From Gemmatimonadales bacterium (GTDB lineage: Bacteria; Gemmatimonadota; Gemmatimonadetes; Gemmatimonadales; GWC2-71-9): 64,000 bases of DNA. Location: assembly GCA_965249575.1 (NCBI GenBank), contig OZ252244.1, positions 2,144,001-2,208,000 on the forward strand, read 5' to 3'. The translations under genes were made by a program, and so were the position numbers. Positions within the stretch are counted from its first letter, which is position 1, and each line of letters begins with the position of its first letter. Positions 30,346 through 38,913 of the stretch are shown here, piece by piece. The notes under the pieces were generated by a model that worked only from the letters and a program-made list of their open reading frames with translations, was not told the origin of the DNA and did not search any database.

Positions 30346-32439
30346 GTGGCTGCGCATGGAGGTAAAGCGATCCGCAATGTGGCGGTATTGGGCCACGGCG
30401 CGTGCGGCAAGACGACCCTCGTCGATGCACTCGCGTTCGTGGCTGGAACGAGCAAGAGACATGGTTCGGTACGAGACGGCACCGCCCTGACTGACTACAC
30501 CCCCGACGAAATCGAGAAGCAATACTCCATCAATCTTGGGCTTGCCCACGCCGAGTGGGATGACGTGAAGATCAATCTCATCGACACGCCCGGGTACCTC
30601 GACTTTGCTGGCGACGCGCTCGCGGGAGTCGCCGCCGCCGACACCGCATTGATCGTCGTCAGCGCGACGGGTGGCGTGGAGGTGGGGACGGAGCAGGTCT
30701 GGGACTATGCGTCGCAGGCCGGCCTGCCGAAAGTGTTCTTCGTTTCTCTCATGGACAAGGAGCACGCGGACTTCGCCCGCGTCTTCTCGGACATCAAGGA
30801 ACACGTGACGTCCAAGGTGCTGCCGATTGAGATACCGATCGGTGAGGGACCGGATTTCCATGGGATCGTTAATCTCTTCTCGCGCAAATGCCACCTCTTC
30901 AAATCGGAAACCAAGACTGGTGAATACGAGGAGGCCGATGTGCCTCCTGAGCTCAAGGATCGCTTTGAGCGATATTCCCAAGATCTCATAGAGACCATTG
31001 CGACCACGGACGATTCGTTGTTGGAGCGCTATCTGGGTGGGGAGGAGATCCCGGCCGAAGAGGCCATCGCCGCAATGAAGGCGGGTATGGTGCGGGGTGA
31101 AGTGTTCCCTCTGTTGTGCGGGTCGGCGGAAAAGACCTATGCGATGCGGGCGCTCCTGTCGAAACTGGTGGAGGTGGCTCCGGGCCCGGCAGACCGCCCG
31201 GCGCGCGCTGTGAAGACGTGGGGTGACCTCAAGCCTATCGAGCTCCGCGCCGCCGACGAAGCGCCGTTCGTGGCGCAGGTGTTCAAGACGGTTTCAGAGC
31301 CGCATGTTGGTGACGTCTCATTCTTCAGAGTGGTGTCTGGATCGGTGAAGAATGGGATGGAAGTGTACAACGCTCCGCGCGAGTCGATGGAGAAGCTGAA
31401 CCACCTCTCGTTTGCGCAGGGCAAGGAGCGCACCGAAGTCCCGCTGCTGCATGCGGGAGACATCGGCGTTGTCGCCAAGCTCAAGAATACGCATACCAAT
31501 GACACGTTATCGACCCAGGCCGTTCCCGTGGCCCTTCCCAAGATCCCCTTCCCCGATCCGGTGATTATGATGGCGATCGAGGTGAAGCAGCGGGGAGAAG
31601 AGGACAAGCTCTCCACCGGGTTGCAACGGCTGCACGAAGAAGACCCGACGTTTCACCACGAGTTCAACCCGGAGCTGGGACAAACGTTCGTACGCGGGCG
31701 GGGCGAGCGGCATCTGGACGTCATCGTGGGACGCCTCGCGAGGAATTTCGGAGTGCATGCCGAGCTCGTCCGGCCGCGGATCGCCTACCGTGAGACCCTC
31801 AAGGGCAAGGGCGACGGTCAGGGGAAGCACAAGAAGCAGAGCGGTGGTCGAGGTCAGTTCGGCGATTGCTGGGTACGCATCTCACCCAAGCGTCAGGGTG
31901 AGGGATACGAGTTCGACAATAAGATCGTTGGAGGCGCGATTCCGAGTAAGTACGTCTCGGCGGTCGACCGCGGTATCCAGGAGGCGGCCCAGCGGGGAGT
32001 CGTGGCGGGTTATCCCGTAGTTGATTTCAAGGTCGAATGCTACGACGGGAGCTATCACGACGTTGACAGCAACGAGATGTCCTTCAAGATGGCCGGCGTT
32101 CTCGCGTTTCGGAACGTGGCGCCCAAGTGCCGGCCGATTCTGCTCGAGCCGATCCAAGACGTGGAAGTATGGACACCCGAAGCCAATCTTGGTGAGGTGA
32201 TGGGAGATCTCTCGTCGCGCCGCGGCCAGATCCTCGGGACCGAGCCGGATGGGCGCCTGACGATGGTCAAGGGCCACGTTCCAGAAGCCGAGATGTACAA
32301 GTACGCGACACAGCTACACTCCATCACCCACGGTCACGGTACGTTCCGGGCACAGTTTTCGAGTTACCAGGAGGTGCCGCCTGAGGTGGCGCAGAAGGTC
32401 GTGGAGGAGCGGGAGCGGGAGCGGCAGGAAGCGAAATGA
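30346..32439 (+). CDS. fusA: Elongation factor G paralog (EF-G2-like)
   Basis: GHGACGKTT, IDTPGYLDF, EEDPTF, YRET, KKQSGGRGQF, DGSYHDVDS; lacks canonical RGITI (KQYSI) and NKMD (SLMDK); not in a str operon. Confidence 0.88.
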   Translation: MAAHGGKAIRNVAVLGHGACGKTTLVDALAFVAGTSKRHGSVRDGTALTDYTPDEIEKQYSINLGLAHAEWDDVKINLIDTPGYLDFAGDALAGVAAADTALIVVSATGGVEVGTEQVWDYASQAGLPKVFFVSLMDKEHADFARVFSDIKEHVTSKVLPIEIPIGEGPDFHGIVNLFSRKCHLFKSETKTGEYEEADVPPELKDRFERYSQDLIETIATTDDSLLERYLGGEEIPAEEAIAAMKAGMVRGEVFPLLCGSAEKTYAMRALLSKLVEVAPGPADRPARAVKTWGDLKPIELRAADEAPFVAQVFKTVSEPHVGDVSFFRVVSGSVKNGMEVYNAPRESMEKLNHLSFAQGKERTEVPLLHAGDIGVVAKLKNTHTNDTLSTQAVPVALPKIPFPDPVIMMAIEVKQRGEEDKLSTGLQRLHEEDPTFHHEFNPELGQTFVRGRGERHLDVIVGRLARNFGVHAELVRPRIAYRETLKGKGDGQGKHKKQSGGRGQFGDCWVRISPKRQGEGYEFDNKIVGGAIPSKYVSAVDRGIQEAAQRGVVAGYPVVDFKVECYDGSYHDVDSNEMSFKMAGVLAFRNVAPKCRPILLEPIQDVEVWTPEANLGEVMGDLSSRRGQILGTEPDGRLTMVKGHVPEAEMYKYATQLHSITHGHGTFRAQFSSYQEVPPEVAQKVVEERERERQEAK

Positions 32440-32465
32440 TAGGCGGGCGTTGGGGGGGGGAACCC

Positions 32466-33635
32466 CTACGCCCGCTTCTTCCGGGAAGACTTCTTCAGGC
32501 CGTTCTTGGTCCTCGGCACATCGAACTGGGGGAGAAACCCGTACTCTGGCTCATGCACGCCGGCTCCAACGAGGGTCTCCTCGCGGGGCTGTTTCCACAC
32601 GTAGCGCTCGCCCCGGTAATTCCGCATGACGACCTCATCGTCGGTGACCTGCTCCACGTACTCTGGCAGCAACGGGATCTTGCCTCCTCCGCCAGGGGCA
32701 TCCACCACGAGATGAGGCACGGCCAGACCGCTGGTCCAGCCGCGTAGTCCCCGAACGATCTCGAGAGCGCACTCAATGGTCGTTTTGAAGTGCTCGACCC
32801 CCGCTACCTGGTCGCACATGTAGATGTAGTAGGGGCGCACGCGGGCGGCGAGGAGCTTGTTCATCAAGGACTTCATCACCTCGACGTCGTCGTTTACCCC
32901 CTTGAGCAGCACTGTCTGGCATCCCAGCGGGACACCGGCATCAGCGAGCATACCGAGCGCCTCGACCGCCTTGGGCGTGAGCTCATCGGGGTGGTTGAAG
33001 TGGGTATTGATGAAGAAGGGGTGGTGCCGCTTGAGGATTTCGCATAGCTGCGGCGTGATGCGCTCGGGCAGGTGGCATGGGACTCGGCTGCCGATACGGA
33101 TGATTTCGATGTGCTTGATTCGCCGCAGTCGGGCAATAATCGCGTCGAGGCGACGGTCGGAGAGGAGCAGTGGGTCTCCGCCGGATAGGATCACGTCCCG
33201 GATCTTCCGGTGCTTCTCGAGGTACCGGAATGCGCTCTCGAATTGGGACATCGGGATCTTCTCCGGGTCTCCCACCTTGCGACGCCGGGTGCAGAACCGG
33301 CAGTACGAGGCACAAACGGGACTGACGAGGAAGAGGGCGCGGTCCGGGTATCGATGCGTGATGTTGGGGACGGGGCTATCGGCGTCTTCATTAAGGCTGT
33401 CAGGCATGCCGTCGATGACATCCAGCTCCTCGAGCTCCGGGACGTACTGACGCCAGATCGGGTCGCCGGGCTCCTTGATCAAATCGACCATCGCCGGAGA
33501 TATCCGGAACTCGAAGTTGTCCACGGCCTGCTGGAGCCGCTCGAGGTCGGGAAACTGGTCGGGTCCAAATCTCTCGACGAGCTGCTCGAGGGATGCGAGG
33601 CTGCGCTCGCGCAGGAGCTTCTGCCATTCAGACAT
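32466..33635 (-). CDS. KamA-family radical SAM/PLP aminomutase (lysine 2,3-aminomutase-like)
   Basis: THRYPDR, CASYCRFCTRRR, LSGGDPL, THFNHP, QTVLLKGVND, YYIYMCD, VVDAPGGGGKIP (PLP lysine). Confidence 0.93.
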   Translation of the reverse strand: MSEWQKLLRERSLASLEQLVERFGPDQFPDLERLQQAVDNFEFRISPAMVDLIKEPGDPIWRQYVPELEELDVIDGMPDSLNEDADSPVPNITHRYPDRALFLVSPVCASYCRFCTRRRKVGDPEKIPMSQFESAFRYLEKHRKIRDVILSGGDPLLLSDRRLDAIIARLRRIKHIEIIRIGSRVPCHLPERITPQLCEILKRHHPFFINTHFNHPDELTPKAVEALGMLADAGVPLGCQTVLLKGVNDDVEVMKSLMNKLLAARVRPYYIYMCDQVAGVEHFKTTIECALEIVRGLRGWTSGLAVPHLVVDAPGGGGKIPLLPEYVEQVTDDEVVMRNYRGERYVWKQPREETLVGAGVHEPEYGFLPQFDVPRTKNGLKKSSRKKRA

Positions 33636-34152
33636 TGGATTGCGTCGCTTTCTCCGAGGATAGGAGGCGCTTGGTATACACGACTAGGTCGTCGTGTGGC
33701 GCGTAGAATTCCGCGATGCGTGCCTCAGCGCGATATCCCAGCGCCTCGTAGAACGCGCGGGTCGGTCCATAGTCCTCGCGCGATGAGGTTTCGGCCATTA
33801 GGAGCCGTCCCCCCAGTGAAGCGATGTGGTGCTCGCAGGCCTCGATGAGCTGGCGGCCGACCCCGTGTCGCTGCCCCTCAGGGTCGACGGCGATCCAGTA
33901 GAGGTCCCACGTATCCTCCGTGCATGGCGTAGTGCCGTAGAAAGCGAAGCCGACGAGGCGTTCGTCGGGATCGAACGCGCCAAGTGGGTGGTAATCGACC
34001 CCCGGGCCGGCCACCGCGTCGTCGAAGACCTCGAGCGCGACGGCGGTTTCGTCCGGACGAAAGAGACCGGTCGCCTCCACGATCTCGCGAACTCGTTCCC
34101 GGTCGGCCGCGCTTGGGGCCCTCAGCGCAGGGGCTGCCGATGAGACGCTCAT
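33628..34152 (-). CDS. GNAT family N-acetyltransferase
   Basis: DLYWIAVDPEGQRHGVGRQL (acetyl-CoA motif A), ETSS, TRAFYEALGY; ATGA overlap with the upstream gene. Confidence 0.9.
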   Translation of the reverse strand: MSVSSAAPALRAPSAADRERVREIVEATGLFRPDETAVALEVFDDAVAGPGVDYHPLGAFDPDERLVGFAFYGTTPCTEDTWDLYWIAVDPEGQRHGVGRQLIEACEHHIASLGGRLLMAETSSREDYGPTRAFYEALGYRAEARIAEFYAPHDDLVVYTKRLLSSEKATQSNV

Positions 34153-35177
34153 GCCGTTGCCAGGTCTCCAGCGATGAAGCCATCCAGAGCGGCGGCGAGC
34201 CGTCCGGGGGTCGGATCCCGAGCCGCGTCTCGGAGCGCGCGGTCGACGATGCGGAGCACGAGGTCGCTGTAGGACCAGCCGCGCACCTCCGCCATACGGG
34301 ACAAGCCTGCGTCGTCCGTGATATCGGGATTGGGGTTGATCTCGATGATCCATGGGTTGCCGGTTTCGTCCACCCGCAGGTCCACCCGGCCATAGCCCCG
34401 GCCATCGACTGCTTGCCACGCCGCCTTGGCGATGGCGATCATGCGGTTCGCGAGACGCCGACCGATGCGAGCGGGGCAGACCGGGCGGCTGCCGACATCC
34501 TCCGGGGAGCCGGCCTTCCACTTGGCGTTGAACGAGAGGATGTCCCACGCTCCGGGGGGCATTCGACTGAAGTCGATCTCGGACACCGGCAGCGGGTCTA
34601 AGCCGACGAACCCCACCGCGAATTCCCGCCCGCGCACGTACTCCTGCACGATCACGGCCCCGAAGCTGTCGCGAAGCTGACCGATCCGGCGCTCGAGTGC
34701 CCGTCGCGTAGTGACGACTGCCTGCTGGTCGATGCCGACGCTGGCGTCTTCAGCTGCGGGCTTCACGATCGCTGGAAAAGGGAAGTCGCGGGCGACCCGG
34801 CTGCTGGCGGGCACTACCCATTTGGGAACCGGGAGTCCAGCCGCTTCCAGGACCGCGTTGACGACAGTTTTGTTGTGGCAGATGGTGATGGTCCAGGCGC
34901 GGCAGCCGGTGTACGGAACGCCCGTCAGCTCGACGGCGGCCGTGACCATGTCTTCGTACTGGCTGACGCCGTTGATCCCTTCGCACAGGTTGAACACGAG
35001 ATCGGTGCGCCGCACGCGGGGCAGCCAGCGGAGATCATGCCGCACGGGGATGCGAGTGACGCCATGTCCCGCGGTGGAGAGGATCTTGGCGATGCGATTC
35101 ACCGGCTGCATGACGGAATGAACGTCCTCGTCACTCCAGCCGTCGGCGCAACCATCGTAGAGGATGCCGACTCTCAG
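34149..35177 (-). CDS. D-Ala-D-Ala-ligase-like ATP-grasp protein 2 (probable CTG start)
   Basis: VFNLCEG, VPYTG, IVKPAAEDASVGI, EYVRGREF, SFNAKW, YGRVDLR, IEINPNPD. Frame extends 22 codons upstream of ATG 35111 to a CTG overlapping the previous TGA. Confidence 0.85.
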   Translation of the reverse strand: MRVGILYDGCADGWSDEDVHSVMQPVNRIAKILSTAGHGVTRIPVRHDLRWLPRVRRTDLVFNLCEGINGVSQYEDMVTAAVELTGVPYTGCRAWTITICHNKTVVNAVLEAAGLPVPKWVVPASSRVARDFPFPAIVKPAAEDASVGIDQQAVVTTRRALERRIGQLRDSFGAVIVQEYVRGREFAVGFVGLDPLPVSEIDFSRMPPGAWDILSFNAKWKAGSPEDVGSRPVCPARIGRRLANRMIAIAKAAWQAVDGRGYGRVDLRVDETGNPWIIEINPNPDITDDAGLSRMAEVRGWSYSDLVLRIVDRALRDAARDPTPGRLAAALDGFIAGDLATA

Positions 35178-36265
35178 GAGTCCACCTCGGCAAGGGTGAG
35201 CTGCGGCAGCTCCCGCCCGGCGATCCGGCTCCAGGCGGTCCGCACGACCGATTGGATCAACTCGTCATACGACATCCCGACGGCTGCGGCGGCCCGAGGG
35301 AAGCAGCTGTTATCCGCGGGATTCGGGATGATGCCCGGAAGCGGGTTCACCTCCACCACGTTCGGAGTTCGGCCCGCGTCGAGACGAAGATCGATTCGCG
35401 CCCAGTCGCGGCAGGCGAGCGCCCGGAAGGCGGCGAGGCCGGTCGCTTCGAGCCGCTGAGCGAGTCCCTGGGGAACAGCGGCTGGACACTCCAGGACTTC
35501 GAGCGCGGCGTCAGGGGTGTCCCACACCCACTTTGCCTCGTAGCCCATGATGGGAAGCGGCTGTCCCGGCAGCTCGTCGAACCGGTATCGAATCAATGGG
35601 AAGCACCGCGCCTCCGGGCCGTTGCCGAGAATCGCAACGGTGAACTCTTCGCCCGGAAGGTAGCTCTCGGCGAGGACTGGCTGACGATACCGGTGGAGCA
35701 TTGCGAGCGCCCGACGCTCGGCGACCTTGGGTGACGTGGCGAAGCTGTCCTCATTCACGCCCTTCGACGATCCCTCCCACACCGGCTTCAAGAATACGGG
35801 ATAGAGCGATGGTGACCGGAGGAGTGGTAGATCGGCCTCGGATTCCACCAGGACGAACGGTGCCGTGGGGATCTTGCGGTGCGCCAGCAGCTCCTTCGTT
35901 CTCGCCTTGTGCAGCGCGATGCCAAGCGTCACGGGATCGCTACCCGTGTAGGGCACACCGAGGAACTCCGCGATCGCCGGGACCTGCGCCTCGCGACTGG
36001 CTCCGGTCAGTCCCTCGGCCATGTTGAAGAGGAGATCGACGCCCGCGCCCGCCAGGCGGGAAGGGAAGTCACCAACCGCTTCGAGCAGCACGACGTCACC
36101 GAAGGGGCCGAGTGCTTCCGCCACCGCGGCGATGGTTTCGGGCTCGTCCCACTCCACGTACACATCGGGTGTCGCGGCATCGTCGGGGTGGGCAAGCGCG
36201 CCGTCACTCTTCGATGTGACGACGTCTGGTCGTTGGTTGTAGGCGAGCCCGAGGCGCAATCGCAC
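35174..36265 (-). CDS. D-Ala-D-Ala-ligase-like ATP-grasp protein 1
   Basis: LFNMAEG, REAQVP, VPYTGSD, LKPVWEGSSKG, ESYLPGEEF, YEAKW, WARIDLR, EVNPLPG; start GTG 36265 or TTG 36259. Confidence 0.9.
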   Translation of the reverse strand: MRLRLGLAYNQRPDVVTSKSDGALAHPDDAATPDVYVEWDEPETIAAVAEALGPFGDVVLLEAVGDFPSRLAGAGVDLLFNMAEGLTGASREAQVPAIAEFLGVPYTGSDPVTLGIALHKARTKELLAHRKIPTAPFVLVESEADLPLLRSPSLYPVFLKPVWEGSSKGVNEDSFATSPKVAERRALAMLHRYRQPVLAESYLPGEEFTVAILGNGPEARCFPLIRYRFDELPGQPLPIMGYEAKWVWDTPDAALEVLECPAAVPQGLAQRLEATGLAAFRALACRDWARIDLRLDAGRTPNVVEVNPLPGIIPNPADNSCFPRAAAAVGMSYDELIQSVVRTAWSRIAGRELPQLTLAEVDS

Positions 36266-36291
36266 TCCAATTGGAGGCTTTATTGCGCAAC

Positions 36292-36320
36292 ACGATAAAA
36301 AATGCCGTTTAGATATGCAA
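36292..36320 (-). promoter_or_regulatory. Sigma70-like promoter TTGCAT-N17-TATCGT for the ATP-grasp/GNAT/KamA operon
   Basis: Minus strand ttgcat atctaaacggcattttt tatcgt, in an AT-rich patch of a GC-rich window. Confidence 0.55.
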
Positions 36321-36411
36321 TACTCTTTGTCGGATTTCTTTCGCGCGTAGAAACGGGATGCGGCAGAGGAAAGGCCGCGCCGGACCGCTGAACGGCCGCC
36401 AAACCGTCAAT

Positions 36412-37164
36412 TCACACCTTGTGGTATGCGACGCGGGCAGCTTCTCGACCGTCTTCGGCCTCGTAGACAGTGAAATCCGAGAAGAGAAGGGGAGCTTCCG
36501 TTTGGAGCGTGCGGAGGCACGCGACCGCCATTCGCCGAATCTCGAGCTCGGCCGCTTCGGAGGTGCGGAGTTCCAGCATCGTCCGCCACGCTCGCGTATT
36601 GCCCGATGTCACGATCTTCGTCTCGGTGGCATTCGGCAACACGCTGCGCGCGGCTTCACGCGCCACCTTCCGGCGGTGCATCTTGCTCGTTATCGACTCG
36701 AATTTCGTCATGAGGGCCGTCACGGCGGCCACGTAGGCTCGCTGAGCCTCGGATACCTGGTCGAGCCACTCCGCCTCGAGCCGCACGTCGCCGAGAATCG
36801 CGGGTGGCACCACAAAGGCCGCCTGCGATTCGTCTACGTACCGCTGCGACAGCTGCGAGTACCCAAACCCGGCACGATGCCGTACCAATTCGTGAGTGCA
36901 GGAGCGGGAGATGCCCTCGATGAGCAAAACGTAGACCGAGTGCTCGAGCACCGACCCGTGGCCCTGTTTCTTGATGTTCTCGAGGTATGTGGTAGTCGAA
37001 CGGCTTGCCGGGTTGTGCTGGCTCATGTAGCAGAGCCGGCCGGCAAACTCGGCCAACCGCTCGCCATCGGTGGATTCGCCGATCCATTCGACCGGCAGGT
37101 GGGCGGGCTCCACGAACTGCGGCTTCGCGATGAGCGTGACGGTCGGAGCTCGGATGATTTCCAT
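36412..37164 (-). CDS. thyX: FAD-dependent thymidylate synthase
   Basis: GHGSVLEH, ISRSCTHELVRHR..SQLSQRY signature, REAARSVLPNATET. Confidence 0.96.
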   Translation of the reverse strand: MEIIRAPTVTLIAKPQFVEPAHLPVEWIGESTDGERLAEFAGRLCYMSQHNPASRSTTTYLENIKKQGHGSVLEHSVYVLLIEGISRSCTHELVRHRAGFGYSQLSQRYVDESQAAFVVPPAILGDVRLEAEWLDQVSEAQRAYVAAVTALMTKFESITSKMHRRKVAREAARSVLPNATETKIVTSGNTRAWRTMLELRTSEAAELEIRRMAVACLRTLQTEAPLLFSDFTVYEAEDGREAARVAYHKV

Positions 37165-37194
37165 TGGACCCATGCGTGGCGGGCATTGCCCTCG

Positions 37195-38847
37195 TTAGTG
37201 TGACGAGACCGACCGAGACGCTAGGTTCGTCTTTCGCACTCCCCAACCCCCGGAACGCTCCAGCTCGGCCAGCTGCTCCGCGATCTCATTCGGGATGCGC
37301 TCGGCGCCCGGTCCGACCTTCAGTGATCGGATGGCCGACGTGTCCGCTTCCGGCACGATGACTCCTGGATTCATCACGCCATGAGGATCAAACGCGTGTT
37401 TCACCTGCCCAAAGAGGTCGACCAGTTCAGTCCCATAGAGCCGGTCGAGAATCGCGGCCCGAAGGCGCCCGTCGCCGTGCTCACCGCTCGGCGTTCCGCC
37501 AAGGTCGACTACCAGGTCCGTGACCTCCCGCAAAAGGGTGGTGAGGCGCTCCTCGAGCTGTCCGAGTGATGGATCGACCAGAGCGTTAATGTGGAGGTGG
37601 CCGTCGCCGGCGTGCCCAAACGCGACGATATCGATTCCCAAATGGCCGGCGATTCGCCGAGTGCCTCGAAGGTACTGGTCCAAATGCGAAACGGGAACGC
37701 AGCCGTCCTCGACGATTTGGAGCGAGCGCCGCTTGGGACCGAGCTTGGCGAGAGCGGGACTCGCGGAATGACGAACCGCCCACAGACGCTCCCGGGCCGC
37801 CTCGTCCAAGGCTGTTTCGACGCTTCGGGCACAATCTGCCCCGATGCGCTCCGCCTGCCGGGCTGTTGCCCGAGCGTCTCCATTCGATTCGCGCTCGAAT
37901 TCCACGAGCAGCACGCACTCGGCTCCCACGAATCGGTTGCCCACGTCGGCCGCCGCGAAACGCAGGAGCGTCCGGTCGAGGAGTTCGACCGCCGACGGAT
38001 CGAGTGCCAGCAGGCGCTCGACGACCTCACCCAGCCGATCGAGATCGTCGAGCACGAGCAACAGCGCCGACGTGGCTCCCGGCCGCTCTTGGAGCTCCAA
38101 CTCGACCTGAGTGATGATGCCGAGGGTTCCCTCGGAGCCGATGACGAGGTCCACGGGGTCGCTCGTATGCAGGAATTGCTCAAGCGCGTAACCCGACGTG
38201 TTTTTCGTCGTGCGGGGAAACCGCTCCTCGATCGCCGGGGCATTCCTGAGAATCGCCGGCCTGACGTCCCGATCGAATCGAGCCAGTGCTCTGAGCGGAG
38301 CGGGCGAAGCCACCTCGCCGGTTCCTCGTCGGATCCAGCCGAGCTCACCATCGCTGGTGGCCAGCTCGACGCCGCGCACCCAGCGACGCATACTCCCGTA
38401 GCGCACGCTCCGTGAGCCGGCGGCGTCCGTCGCCGTCATGCCACCGACGGTACAGAACGCCCCGCTCGAGGGGTTGGGGGGTAGCCGGCACCCCTCGCGG
38501 GCCGCAGCACGGTCCAGGTCGGCCCATGTGACGGCGGCCCCAGCGCAACAAACCCGACTACCCTTGTCGATGGAGGGACCAGACTCGAAGCCGCGGAGGT
38601 CGACGATGATGCCGCGACCGACGTTGCCGCCTGGGATGCCGCTTCCAGCGCCGCGCGGGACCAGCGGCGTTCGCGCCTCTACGGCGTGTTCAATCAAGCG
38701 AACGAGGTCTTCGGGGCCGGCCGGGATGGCCACGGCCGCGGGCACGATCCGGTAGGGACCGGCTCCTTCGCTGTAGGCGCTCCTGATCGCGAAATCGGTG
38801 AGGTACCTTCCGCCGAACCCGGGTGGCAACGAAGCTGGCTCCCTCAT
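37195..38847 (-). CDS. FAD-binding oxidoreductase (GlcD/D-lactate dehydrogenase-like)
   Basis: PRGAGS, TVGGM, IGSEGTLGII, FGHAGDGHLH, SGEHGDG, FDPHGVMNPG. Confidence 0.88.
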   Translation of the reverse strand: MREPASLPPGFGGRYLTDFAIRSAYSEGAGPYRIVPAAVAIPAGPEDLVRLIEHAVEARTPLVPRGAGSGIPGGNVGRGIIVDLRGFESGPSIDKGSRVCCAGAAVTWADLDRAAAREGCRLPPNPSSGAFCTVGGMTATDAAGSRSVRYGSMRRWVRGVELATSDGELGWIRRGTGEVASPAPLRALARFDRDVRPAILRNAPAIEERFPRTTKNTSGYALEQFLHTSDPVDLVIGSEGTLGIITQVELELQERPGATSALLLVLDDLDRLGEVVERLLALDPSAVELLDRTLLRFAAADVGNRFVGAECVLLVEFERESNGDARATARQAERIGADCARSVETALDEAARERLWAVRHSASPALAKLGPKRRSLQIVEDGCVPVSHLDQYLRGTRRIAGHLGIDIVAFGHAGDGHLHINALVDPSLGQLEERLTTLLREVTDLVVDLGGTPSGEHGDGRLRAAILDRLYGTELVDLFGQVKHAFDPHGVMNPGVIVPEADTSAIRSLKVGPGAERIPNEIAEQLAELERSGGWGVRKTNLASRSVSSH

Positions 38848-38913
38848 GACGCGCGGAAATCTAGCTGGGGACTGGCGAGTCCGTGCATAGCGGGCACCGA
38901 TCGAGTGGCTTGG

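Noticed and set aside
32452..32460. G9 tract as a phase-variation site
   Set aside because: It lies between convergent stop codons, so length change has no evident effect.
32466..33635. KamA as EpmB (EF-P modification) or a lysine-fermentation enzyme
   Set aside because: No efp, epmA or kamDE in the window, and it is coupled to GNAT and ATP-grasp genes. Not fully excluded without phylogeny.
34149..36265. Canonical ddl or vancomycin-resistance ligases
   Set aside because: They lack the N-terminal GG.S.E motif of Ddl, and there is no mur or van context.
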